Source of the DNA: a virus
Lineage: Duplodnaviria; Heunggongvirae; Uroviricota; Caudoviricetes
Reading direction: 5' to 3' (one strand)
DNA length: 64,000 nucleotides
IMG/VR virus record: IMGVR_UViG_3300033156_001223
Span: 41,842-105,841 of that record
Shown: piece by piece, positions 10,266-18,253 of the stretch
Layout: every line of letters begins with the position of its first letter
Position numbering within the stretch: the first letter of the stretch is position 1
Made by a program: the position numbers and the translations under genes
The notes under the pieces: model-generated
Database searches by the model: none
Seen by the model: the letters and a program-made list of their open reading frames with translations, nothing else
Told to the model about the DNA's origin: nothing

Positions 10266-10647
10266 AAGATTAAACTTAGTTATTATTTTAGCCCTAATTC
10301 TAGTGGCACTATTATGTGTTGCTACTAGTGGTACAGCTGAATATGTCCATAAAACAGTTAATACACAATGGTCAGGTTTAGCAGCTGTGGTGGTGGCAGC
10401 TACTGCTCTTATGACTGCACTAGTTTCCTTAGCAAAAATGGTTAATCACATGAATAATGATCTCATTCATCACTCAATAGAATCTCTAGAAGAAGATTTT
10501 ACTAGAAAGGAAAACGGGTTGCGTCACGAAGAACAACTAAGATCATTAACAGAAACCATGAAGCTTATTGATAGAAGATTGACTAAAATTGAAACTAAAC
10601 TGGATATGATTGAAAAGCACCTGGTGAACTACCCCTCATTGAAATGA
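10216..10647 (+). CDS. membrane-anchored coiled-coil protein (143 aa)
   Basis: Hydrophobic helix LVIILALILVALLCV; C-terminal coiled coil; its 3' end overlaps the tnpB 3' end. Confidence 0.4.
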   Translation: MNSNKRSNNSLQAAVNKRLNLVIILALILVALLCVATSGTAEYVHKTVNTQWSGLAAVVVAATALMTALVSLAKMVNHMNNDLIHHSIESLEEDFTRKENGLRHEEQLRSLTETMKLIDRRLTKIETKLDMIEKHLVNYPSLK

Positions 10648-11950
10648 GGAGTTTCCCGCTTCAACGAGCACTAACGCACTCTCCACGGGCGTAAATTCGG
10701 GCCGTCCCAGCCCTACTACGAACTTCAATCCTTCTTTCAATAAGTTCAAAGCTGCATTGTAATCCCTATCATGCTCCACTCCGCAGTTAGGACATCTCCA
10801 TTTTCTATCAAATAACTTAAGCTCCTCATTTTTATACCCACATACAGAGCAAAGTTTTGAAGAAGGATAAAATGGACGTACTTTGATACACTCTCTACCA
10901 TACATTCTTGCCTTGTAATCTAAATAAGAAACAAATCTCCCCCAACTCACATCTGCTATGTACTTAGCAAGTTCATTACCTTGAATTAGTCGTTTGACAT
11001 TCAGGTCTTCCACTACTATGGCTTGGTTATCGCCGATTATCCTTCTACTTAGTTTATGGAGAAAATCGTTTCTCTGGTTTACTACCTTCTCGTGAAGCTT
11101 TGCCAATTTTCTCTGGAGTTTATGATATTTATTGCTTCCTTTCTGTTTCTTCGATAATCTTCGTTGATGTTTTCTAAGTCTTTCTTCCATTTTCAGCAAA
11201 TATCTTGGATTTTTAACTTTTTCTCCTGCCGACGAAGTACAAAAATGAGTAATTCCTACATCTATAGCTACTGCTTTGTTTGTCTTTGGAAGTGGCTTTA
11301 TCTCTCTATCAACAAGAACATTAAGATAAAATTTCCCTGACGGAAGCTTAGTTATTGATATACTTCTGATTTTTCCTTCTATTTCCCTATGCTTCTTAAA
11401 TTTTATTGATTTCTCAAGTTTTGGTAATTTAATTCTATTTCCTTCTATATGGAAAAATTGCGGTATGGATATACTACCAGCCTCCTTCTTGCTCTTAAAC
11501 TTTGGAAACTTTGCAAATCCTTTGAAAAAATTTTTAAGAGCCATGTCAAGCCTCTTTACCGCCCCCTGAAGTGATTGGCTATTTGCCTCTTTAAGGAATG
11601 GGAACTCTTCTTTAAGTTTTGGAAGCATTTTCTTAGATTCATAATAATTCCACTTTTTGCCTTTTTCTTTATAATCTTCTTTTGCTATCTCCAAAATTTT
11701 ATTATAGACAAATCTACAGTGCCCTATCTGGCGATTTAAAAACCCTATTTGTCCTTTTGTAGGGTAGAGCCTAAATCTATAAGTATAAAGCATTTTTATT
11801 TCCTGCATGGGACATAATACACCACATCCATAAAAAAGCAAATAATAAGCCTTATTTTATAAAAAAAGAATGAAATTTGGGCTAAAAAAGTGAGCGGCCG
11901 CCACCGCCCACTTAGATTTTCTTTAAAATACCCAAACCTCAATTTTCCCG
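10560..11950 (-). mobile_element. putative IS200/IS605-family (IS1341-like, tnpB-only) element; boundaries approximate
   Basis: tnpB without an adjacent tnpA; hairpin CCTCAT-TTCA-ATGAGG overlapping the tnpB stop (about 10639-10658) is a right-end/omega-RNA candidate. Ends not determinable by eye. Confidence 0.35.
10636..11841 (-). CDS. tnpB: TnpB (IS200/IS605 family OrfB, RuvC-like RNA-guided nuclease)
   Basis: 401 aa; canonical OrfB N-terminus (MLYTYRFRLYPTKGQ...FLNRQIGHCRFVYN); C-terminal CxxC...CxxC zinc ribbon (CSVCGY...CPNCGVEHDRDYNAALNL). Confidence 0.85.
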   Translation of the reverse strand: MLFYGCGVLCPMQEIKMLYTYRFRLYPTKGQIGFLNRQIGHCRFVYNKILEIAKEDYKEKGKKWNYYESKKMLPKLKEEFPFLKEANSQSLQGAVKRLDMALKNFFKGFAKFPKFKSKKEAGSISIPQFFHIEGNRIKLPKLEKSIKFKKHREIEGKIRSISITKLPSGKFYLNVLVDREIKPLPKTNKAVAIDVGITHFCTSSAGEKVKNPRYLLKMEERLRKHQRRLSKKQKGSNKYHKLQRKLAKLHEKVVNQRNDFLHKLSRRIIGDNQAIVVEDLNVKRLIQGNELAKYIADVSWGRFVSYLDYKARMYGRECIKVRPFYPSSKLCSVCGYKNEELKLFDRKWRCPNCGVEHDRDYNAALNLLKEGLKFVVGLGRPEFTPVESALVLVEAGNSSFQ

Positions 11951-12363
11951 GGGAGCTTTCTTTCAGATAGTTGTTCCGTTTCCCCCCTTCTTTCAAAGAG
12001 AATTTCATTGCTCTTATCCAGGATTCTTATCTTTTGAACTCTGGACTTGAAGTCCCCGAGATTGGGGGACATGATTTTTGATCCAACTGCGTATCGATTT
12101 CCATCCACTTTGATGTTTCTTCAAATACCCCCTCCGGGAGAACGTCAGGGGTAACCACAATACATGTTGGCCTATGCCTTTCTCCATAGGCCTTGGGCAA
12201 GTCCCCTAGGTTATTCAGTCTTTTTTCTTTCATTCTTTCCTCCTCCTTTTCTTTTTTCTTCTCAGTTTTGTTTTGGCGGCCGCTCATAAATTCTTGTTTT
12301 TGCCGCCGAGGAGCACTCCTGTAACCCCCGGCGGCCAGTTTGGCTATATCATAACATACCCCC

Positions 12364-12522
12364 TTAGATTAGTCTAAAATCCCAAGCCTGTTGGCTTGGA
12401 AGAGGCTCCGGCTTTTCGACCTCATCCTTTGAGACTACTTCGAAATTTTCTGAAATTGTGAGGCCGCTCTCGTTAAGAAAGATGATTGCTTCATTAATAG
12501 AAACGATAATATCTTTTTCCAT
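12364..12522 (-). CDS. small hypothetical protein (52 aa), not in the supplied ORF track
   Basis: Strong SD AGGAGGAGGG 6 nt before the ATG at 12520-12522; ORF MEKDIIVSINEAIIFLNESGLTISENFEVVSKDEVEKPEPLPSQQAWDFRLI. Confidence 0.4.
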   Translation of the reverse strand: MEKDIIVSINEAIIFLNESGLTISENFEVVSKDEVEKPEPLPSQQAWDFRLI

Positions 12523-12595
12523 TTTCCCTCCTCCTATTTTTAGTTTTTCTCTCCTTATAGTTATAGCAAATTTAAGGAGGGAAATTTCAGGTAGA

Positions 12596-12982
12596 TTATC
12601 TTACGTGTCCCGGAGCGAAGTAGACATGGGCAGAGGCAGTTACTGAACCAGAACCAGTCTTTAAACCTAATCTAAACTGATTAGCAACCATATCTCCAGT
12701 ATAACACACTCGGACCGTGCTATTGGCAGGTACACTCACGGTAAGATTATTGAAAGGAGTATTGGAAAGCTTGAATGCAGGAGCGGTATTTCCCCAATCA
12801 TGAAGATGGTAGATTTCTACAGTAACAGTTATGTCCGAGCCACTCGAGTTGGTAAACTCCATAAATAATTCAAATTTGAGATATCTGGAAGTGGCATGAA
12901 TGCCATAGCTAGGAGGAGTAACTGGATCGGATATTTCTAAGTCAGTTCCGATAGTAGCATCTTCGAATAAGTTCCAAGCCAT
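12596..12982 (-). CDS. hypothetical beta-rich protein (128 aa), probably structural
   Basis: Last ORF of the minus-strand morphogenesis operon. Confidence 0.4.
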   Translation of the reverse strand: MAWNLFEDATIGTDLEISDPVTPPSYGIHATSRYLKFELFMEFTNSSGSDITVTVEIYHLHDWGNTAPAFKLSNTPFNNLTVSVPANSTVRVCYTGDMVANQFRLGLKTGSGSVTASAHVYFAPGHVR

Positions 12983-13167
12983 TATTCATCCTCCACATCG
13001 ATTTCATCGATGGCATTATAAGCAAGATGTGCCATCGTTCTTCCAAATTCTTCTGCAAGTTCTTTAGTGGGAGTATTTTGAATCGCAGCAACTGTAATCA
13101 AATCTCTTACTATATCTGAGATTTTTTCTAAAGTAGATGGATATCGTGGATCCTGATCAAAATCCAT
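12982..13167 (-). CDS. small acidic protein (61 aa)
   Basis: ORF shares its terminal nucleotide with neighbours on both sides. Confidence 0.35.
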   Translation of the reverse strand: MDFDQDPRYPSTLEKISDIVRDLITVAAIQNTPTKELAEEFGRTMAHLAYNAIDEIDVEDE

Positions 13168-13306
13168 TTCTAACCTCCATATTTAATAATTTCCTCTTCC
13201 TCCATAGAATTCTGATTCTCTTCTATTGGCTGTTGCCCAGACTCTTGTTCCGGTTGTGATTCAACATTTTCAAACAAATCAGGCTGAATCTTCTCTTCTC
13301 CCATCT

Positions 13307-14161
13307 CTAACTTCCTCCTTCATTATTATTGTAGTAATCTTCGTTCCAATAGGCAATATAACTATATTCGGAAGGCACACTCCCCCAGCCCTGAGTAATA
13401 TTAAGATGTTGCTTATATGCCTTGAGAGCCATGGAAGCTTCTCTGAGATAATAATCCAATAATGCTCTTTCCTCTTGAAGAACTGCTCCTTCCTCATCCA
13501 CAGCAAATCCACCATCAGAATATGATAATCTATTTCTAGCTCTGAGTAACAAAACAGACTTAAGAACATGACAGGCAGCTAATTGGAGTATTATCGGGAC
13601 TGCTCCTACTGGATAGCTATTTGGAGTTATATTACCTGTATAAGGAGGAGTAGCATTCCATTCATCAAAAGCAGCTCTCAGAGCTTCCCCGAACATTCTA
13701 TCACTGGTTTCTTCTGCTCTGATGATTCGGTTTAATTCTGGATAATCTCGAAGCCATCTTCTTAACTTAGTAACCCAAGCAAGAGGATGAGAAGGTCCCT
13801 CAGTAATATAAATAGCTACTCCAAAAGGCTTAAATACTATTGGGTATTCATTCCAAGGAACTTCACCATAATAAGCATAGATTTTTGCAGTAGTAACCCC
13901 CTCAGAAAAGTCTATCAGATTAATTTGATCAACATAAATGTAAGGATTGCCATCGTCGTCGGTGTCTTTTCTTATAGGAGGATCACTAGTGATAGTAAAA
14001 GTGGAACGGAGATTCTCAAGAGAATCATATACTTCAATTTTCAGATTGTCATCCCAATCAGGAAGCACCGCGCTACCACCTTCAGTGAGAGTAAAGGTGT
14101 AGGAAATATAGCCAAAGTCATCTTGCCTGTAAGTTATTTCTGGAAGGGTATCAGTAATCAT
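13307..14161 (-). CDS. hypothetical structural protein (284 aa)
   Basis: ORF within the head/tail operon. Confidence 0.45.
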   Translation of the reverse strand: MITDTLPEITYRQDDFGYISYTFTLTEGGSAVLPDWDDNLKIEVYDSLENLRSTFTITSDPPIRKDTDDDGNPYIYVDQINLIDFSEGVTTAKIYAYYGEVPWNEYPIVFKPFGVAIYITEGPSHPLAWVTKLRRWLRDYPELNRIIRAEETSDRMFGEALRAAFDEWNATPPYTGNITPNSYPVGAVPIILQLAACHVLKSVLLLRARNRLSYSDGGFAVDEEGAVLQEERALLDYYLREASMALKAYKQHLNITQGWGSVPSEYSYIAYWNEDYYNNNEGGS

Positions 14162-14163
14162 AA

Positions 14164-14559
14164 TTATTCAATAATTTCCAGTATTTTGTTGATCAGATCT
14201 TGCTTCTTATCAGTCCTTTGTAATTTCCCTCCCAAATTCTTCAATATCTTTCTCAACTCAGCCATTGATTTTTCTTGTAAAATCTGTTGTAAATCATAAG
14301 CTTCTGAAGATTCTTCAACGTTTATTCCTACTGATTCCAATCTCGTAGTAATACCTCTTCCAATCCGATAGACAGTTGGCCTAATTGGCCTTCTAATGAC
14401 TCTCAATTCAGACGTGGAAACGACTTTAATATTAGGGTTTGCCTGAGATAATTTTCTTACCCCCTCTGGCACTACAGCTACTTGAATCATCTGACCGGGA
14501 TGTACCGGTGTACCATCAACCCAAATGATGGCTGTAGAATTATTGATTATTGCCCACAT
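14164..14559 (-). CDS. protein with C-terminal Rho-N/SAP-like helix-extended-helix motif (paralog 1)
   Basis: C-terminus AELRKILKNLGGKLQRTDKKQDLINKILEIIE is nearly identical to the C-terminus of the adjacent ORF. Confidence 0.5.
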   Translation of the reverse strand: MWAIINNSTAIIWVDGTPVHPGQMIQVAVVPEGVRKLSQANPNIKVVSTSELRVIRRPIRPTVYRIGRGITTRLESVGINVEESSEAYDLQQILQEKSMAELRKILKNLGGKLQRTDKKQDLINKILEIIE

Positions 14560-14999
14560 TATCCTACTAAGTCTATGATCTTATTAATCAAATCCTGTTT
14601 CTTATCAGTCCTCTCAGACTTTCCCCCCAAATTCTTCAAAATCTTTCTCAATTCGGCCATGGTCTTATCTTGTAGAACTGCTTCAAAATCCTCCTCAGCT
14701 TCAGCAGTAGCCTCATGCTCGGTAGCTTCTTTACTCACTTTTGGCTTCGGAGGCGGTGTAGGAGTAGCATATGATACTGTACGAGGACTATCCACTATGG
14801 CAATAGCCTTAGCTTTCAGTAAAGCAGATATTCGATAATCAGACTTATCGAGAGGAACATTCCTGACTTCCCAAGGGCGAATAGTTATATTGCCAAGTCT
14901 AATGTGGATGGTCCTTCCCTCAATTCTAACACCATGAATACGAAGATTTCGCAAACTCCTAGCCTTACCAGGTGTAATAATATTCTGAATCAAAGCCAT
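14559..14999 (-). CDS. protein with C-terminal Rho-N/SAP-like motif (paralog 2)
   Basis: C-terminus AELRKILKNLGGKSERTDKKQDLINKIIDLVG; tandem paralog of 14164..14559. Confidence 0.5.
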   Translation of the reverse strand: MALIQNIITPGKARSLRNLRIHGVRIEGRTIHIRLGNITIRPWEVRNVPLDKSDYRISALLKAKAIAIVDSPRTVSYATPTPPPKPKVSKEATEHEATAEAEEDFEAVLQDKTMAELRKILKNLGGKSERTDKKQDLINKIIDLVG

Positions 15000-15169
15000 T
15001 TTTTCCTCCTATCACCAGTTAACAAATATTAGTAACATTATATCATAACGAACTAGCTAAAAAAAGAGAAAAAGGATGATAAAAATCCTCCTTTTAGTTG
15101 ATTTACTGATTAAATAAAACTCCGAGCTCTAGGCTCAAATCTTTATATCATAATATTATCAATGTTTGC

Positions 15170-15204
15170 AAATAAAAAGAGGGGAGCCAAAATCAGCTCC
15201 CCTC
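15170..15204 (-). terminator. intrinsic terminator downstream of the capsid gene
   Basis: Minus strand GAGGGGAGC-TGATTTTG-GCTCCCCTC followed by TTTTTATTT. Confidence 0.6.
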
Positions 15205-15224
15205 AAAGCTAACTCAGTTAGAGT

Positions 15225-16226
15225 TTAGAGAGAGGAAACAACAGGAACCGCAGTAGTAGCCGGTTGTTTGTGAATATCCTCCCAACTTGGTAAAGCAGCA
15301 GAAGAACCAGAATAGAGCTCAAGTTTAGCGAGTGCATTGTAGTTAGCAACACACATTGCGATAGCTTCGTCCGCAGCCATTTTGATATAGTTACCATGTC
15401 GCTCAATCATGAAATCTACTCCACCAAAAGTGAGGAAGACTCCAAGCATCTGTGAAGGACCGAAGAGATAGATGTTACCAGGCTGGAGTAGATCCTCCTT
15501 GATAGTACGAATCCAGTTGAGTCCGAAGTAGTTTTTACTCACAAAGGCATCAGGACCTTGTGCTCCAGTACTCTCCATGGTTCTGTCATCGAGGTCTGCT
15601 CTCTGCCAGGCACCCATTTCAGCAATATTCTTCTGAGTTATCAGTATAGTTTTACCTACCATCTTCTTAGTAAGAACTTTGAGTAGCAGAACCAGGTCGT
15701 CTTTCTGGAATGCAGAGGTAGCTGCTCCAGTCTCAGTGATGACAGTCCCTTTTACAATATTATTAGGGTTCAGGGCAAGGGCTGCTTCACAAAGAGTCAG
15801 GAAGTACCAATCCTCAGTAGTCTGAAGTCTGATTGCAAAGGATTGCCTGAGGTATTGTTCCACATTGTAAGGGTAGGCAAGAAACTGCCTTTTTTGCCAC
15901 TGTTGCCAATCAGTGCTAATAGTCACAAACGGTACAGCGGCTCTTTTTCCTTCCACAACCTTATATCTTCCCTCACCAAAGAAAGTAAAGACACCCGCTC
16001 CGCTCTCAGGCGGGAAGTCAACGATGAACACGAATTCATCATTATCGAGAGCCCGTTGACAATCAGCAGCCGTTACCGGAGTAGATGGAAGAATTTTACG
16101 AGTAAAACCCTCTTCTTCAATCTGAAGCAGGATCAGCCTGCTGATTTTCGCCTGGGCCTCTTTTACATTATCAGTAGCAAGAGCATTCCAAAAACCCTCT
16201 TTAACTTTGTACTGCTCAACGTACAT
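15225..16226 (-). CDS. putative major capsid protein (HK97-fold candidate)
   Basis: 333 aa; preceded by scaffold-like coiled-coil and decoration-like ORFs; followed by a strong terminator. Fold not verifiable by eye. Confidence 0.45.
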   Translation of the reverse strand: MYVEQYKVKEGFWNALATDNVKEAQAKISRLILLQIEEEGFTRKILPSTPVTAADCQRALDNDEFVFIVDFPPESGAGVFTFFGEGRYKVVEGKRAAVPFVTISTDWQQWQKRQFLAYPYNVEQYLRQSFAIRLQTTEDWYFLTLCEAALALNPNNIVKGTVITETGAATSAFQKDDLVLLLKVLTKKMVGKTILITQKNIAEMGAWQRADLDDRTMESTGAQGPDAFVSKNYFGLNWIRTIKEDLLQPGNIYLFGPSQMLGVFLTFGGVDFMIERHGNYIKMAADEAIAMCVANYNALAKLELYSGSSAALPSWEDIHKQPATTAVPVVSSL

Positions 16227-16248
16227 GAGAAAACCTCCTTAAGATTTA

Positions 16249-16656
16249 TTAAATAGAAGCCCGAATCGTAATAGTACCATCGCTTGTATTCACATCTACT
16301 ACATAACCAATTGCCGTACCCCCTCCGCTAGTAGTATACTGTCCATTCGAATCCGCATCGACAGCATCTCCAATACTGAAGCTCGCAGCAGTTACACCGC
16401 TGGCAAAATTATCAGTTTCAAACTCAACCACCCCACCATAAATCACAGTAGCTTGATTTAAAGCAACCTGCGAATATCCTTTCTTATTGAAAACTATAAA
16501 CATCGGAGCAGCAACACTAGAAGTAGTGATTGTGTCAGCGGTGGAACCAAGAGTTACCACCCTTCCAGGAGTAATATTGTCTGCCTCACTGGCATCAAAA
16601 CTAAACTCTTTCAGATGAAGCTTAGTAACGTCACTTTTGACCCTAAAAATTGCCAT
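16249..16656 (-). CDS. putative head decoration / capsid accessory protein (135 aa, Thr/Gly/Ser-rich beta protein)
   Basis: Position between scaffold-like ORF and capsid gene; composition. Confidence 0.3.
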   Translation of the reverse strand: MAIFRVKSDVTKLHLKEFSFDASEADNITPGRVVTLGSTADTITTSSVAAPMFIVFNKKGYSQVALNQATVIYGGVVEFETDNFASGVTAASFSIGDAVDADSNGQYTTSGGGTAIGYVVDVNTSDGTITIRASI

Positions 16657-16672
16657 AGTTCAACCTCCTTTT

Positions 16673-17017
16673 TTACTCAGCAAATTGTAAAAAGAATTGG
16701 TTAAAGTCTTCTACTGGATCAGAACCGGGGGACTCAGTAATGCTATCAATAATGTCATCTCCAAAGATGGAAGAAGCAACTTTGGTAACCTCCTCCGGTT
16801 CGACCCCCTCTTCCACCAACTTCACTGGATCGGCAGCCACTTTGGCGCCGAGTTTTTGCTGGAGCTCCTCAATAACCTTTTCAAGCTGTGCTACTTTGTT
16901 TGCCTTCTCAACCAGCTCCGAAGCTTCTTTCACTTGTTCACACAACTCCTCAATTGCATCAGCAGCAACCTTAAGGAGCCTACCAGCAAGCTTTGGATCA
17001 ACTTTAGTCATTATCAC
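16673..17017 (-). CDS. putative scaffolding protein (114 aa, acidic coiled coil)
   Basis: Heptad-rich segment ELCEQVKEASELVEKANKVAQLEKVIEELQQKL; position upstream of capsid gene. Confidence 0.35.
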   Translation of the reverse strand: MIMTKVDPKLAGRLLKVAADAIEELCEQVKEASELVEKANKVAQLEKVIEELQQKLGAKVAADPVKLVEEGVEPEEVTKVASSIFGDDIIDSITESPGSDPVEDFNQFFLQFAE

Positions 17018-17252
17018 CTCTTAATTGCCTAATTTTTTCCAATAATTTATTCCTAATACCTTCCTCTGCTTCCCCAGTTCCGGTAACATCTATTTCCTCT
17101 TCTCCACCCTCCAAGGCTTCTCCTACTCTACGAAGTAGTGTAGCAAACTTTGAATACTTATCCAAGTCAGTAGGAGTAACTTCTTCAGTTCCATGTTCTG
17201 CTGGCTCTGGGTCTCCAGTCAACAATAAATCTCTTGGATCAATCGTAGCCAT
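17004..17252 (-). CDS. small acidic protein (82 aa)
   Basis: ORF overlapping neighbours at both ends. Confidence 0.35.
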   Translation of the reverse strand: MATIDPRDLLLTGDPEPAEHGTEEVTPTDLDKYSKFATLLRRVGEALEGGEEEIDVTGTGEAEEGIRNKLLEKIRQLRGDND

Positions 17253-17701
17253 TATTCCCCTCCTTCGCTAATGTATCTAGCTAATAGTCTTCCAAAAATT
17301 TCTGGAGGAATCTTCTCTAGCGGCAAGTCTTTCCCAAGAACATCAGCCAAATATATAGCCGCTGCAAGTTTTGTTACATTGTCATCAGAAGCCACTTTGC
17401 TTCTTCTCCTCTTACCAAGACCATATGCTATTCCCCCCACTCCAATAGCCCCAGGAAGCAGATATTTCTCTTTCCAAGTAGCTGGTGGGGTTTTCCAAGC
17501 ACCTGTTAATCCTGATCCTATTGCTTTTCCTTTATATTTTAAATAACCTTTTAGTCCTTTCCATCCCCGGTATTTCCAAATCCTTCTTGCCAAATCTGCT
17601 TCTCTGGGGAGCTGCCTAATCCTTTGCCCCAAATATTTAAGAGCATGTGTTAGAGCAGCTTCTTTTATCAATTCATTAATAACACCATCAGTATCCATCA
17701 T
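17252..17701 (-). CDS. hypothetical protein (149 aa)
   Basis: ORF within the operon. Confidence 0.4.
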   Translation of the reverse strand: MMDTDGVINELIKEAALTHALKYLGQRIRQLPREADLARRIWKYRGWKGLKGYLKYKGKAIGSGLTGAWKTPPATWKEKYLLPGAIGVGGIAYGLGKRRRSKVASDDNVTKLAAAIYLADVLGKDLPLEKIPPEIFGRLLARYISEGGE

Positions 17702-17719
17702 TTACCTCCTTTTGGGCAG

Positions 17720-18181
17720 TTAGCGAGATTTTTCAGATCTGGCTGCCAAAGCCCTACCACCGGCACCAAGTAGTAAAGCCAGAGCTACTGCAGAAAGCCC
17801 ACGCAGCTTCCTGCCCTTAAGAAGTTTCTCCAATGTCTCCACCTTTTTCAGTCTTCCACGGATTTTCTCAGATTTAAGAGCTTTCGCTAATGCTTTTGGC
17901 ACTCCATAATACCCTAAAGCCGCACCAGCGCCTACGCCGGTTACTCCGGCTGCTCTCCTACTTCTGGAACTAGCAAGTTTTTCACATTCATCAATAAAAG
18001 CTTGGGCAGCAATTTTGGCCCACTCTTCCGCTTCAGCAATTTTTTCAGTATCTGATACATCCTCACCAATCAATTCTGCTAACTCTTTATCAAAATTGTC
18101 CTCTTTCTCTTTAGTATTATCTTCTGCCTCTTTGTCGAGCAGACCCAATTCCTCGAGAATTTGATCTACAGAAGTGCTCAT
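17720..18181 (-). CDS. hypothetical protein (153 aa): acidic N-terminus, Ala/Gly/Lys-rich C-terminus
   Basis: ORF; SD GGAGG upstream. Confidence 0.4.
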   Translation of the reverse strand: MSTSVDQILEELGLLDKEAEDNTKEKEDNFDKELAELIGEDVSDTEKIAEAEEWAKIAAQAFIDECEKLASSRSRRAAGVTGVGAGAALGYYGVPKALAKALKSEKIRGRLKKVETLEKLLKGRKLRGLSAVALALLLGAGGRALAARSEKSR

Positions 18182-18253
18182 GATTCATAACCTCCTATAG
18201 TTTATTTCGTTTAGATAGCTACCTACTAGTATAGAGCAGCAACATTACCTTGC

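Noticed and set aside
12027-12287. 86-aa minus-strand ORF inside the GC island
   Set aside because: The start codon lies inside the terminal inverted repeat. There is no SD. The N-terminus is low-complexity Lys/Glu. Likely a chance ORF in a non-coding element. The overlapping 11796..12008 and 11923..12108 ORFs are rejected for the same reason.
11885-12290. RNase P RNA (about 400 nt with terminal helix) as an explanation for the inverted-repeat-bounded GC-rich island
   Set aside because: Neither strand contains the universal P4 sequences (GGAAAGUCCGGGCUCC / ACAGAAxCCGGCUUA). Only a loose CCGGCUU-like stretch is present.
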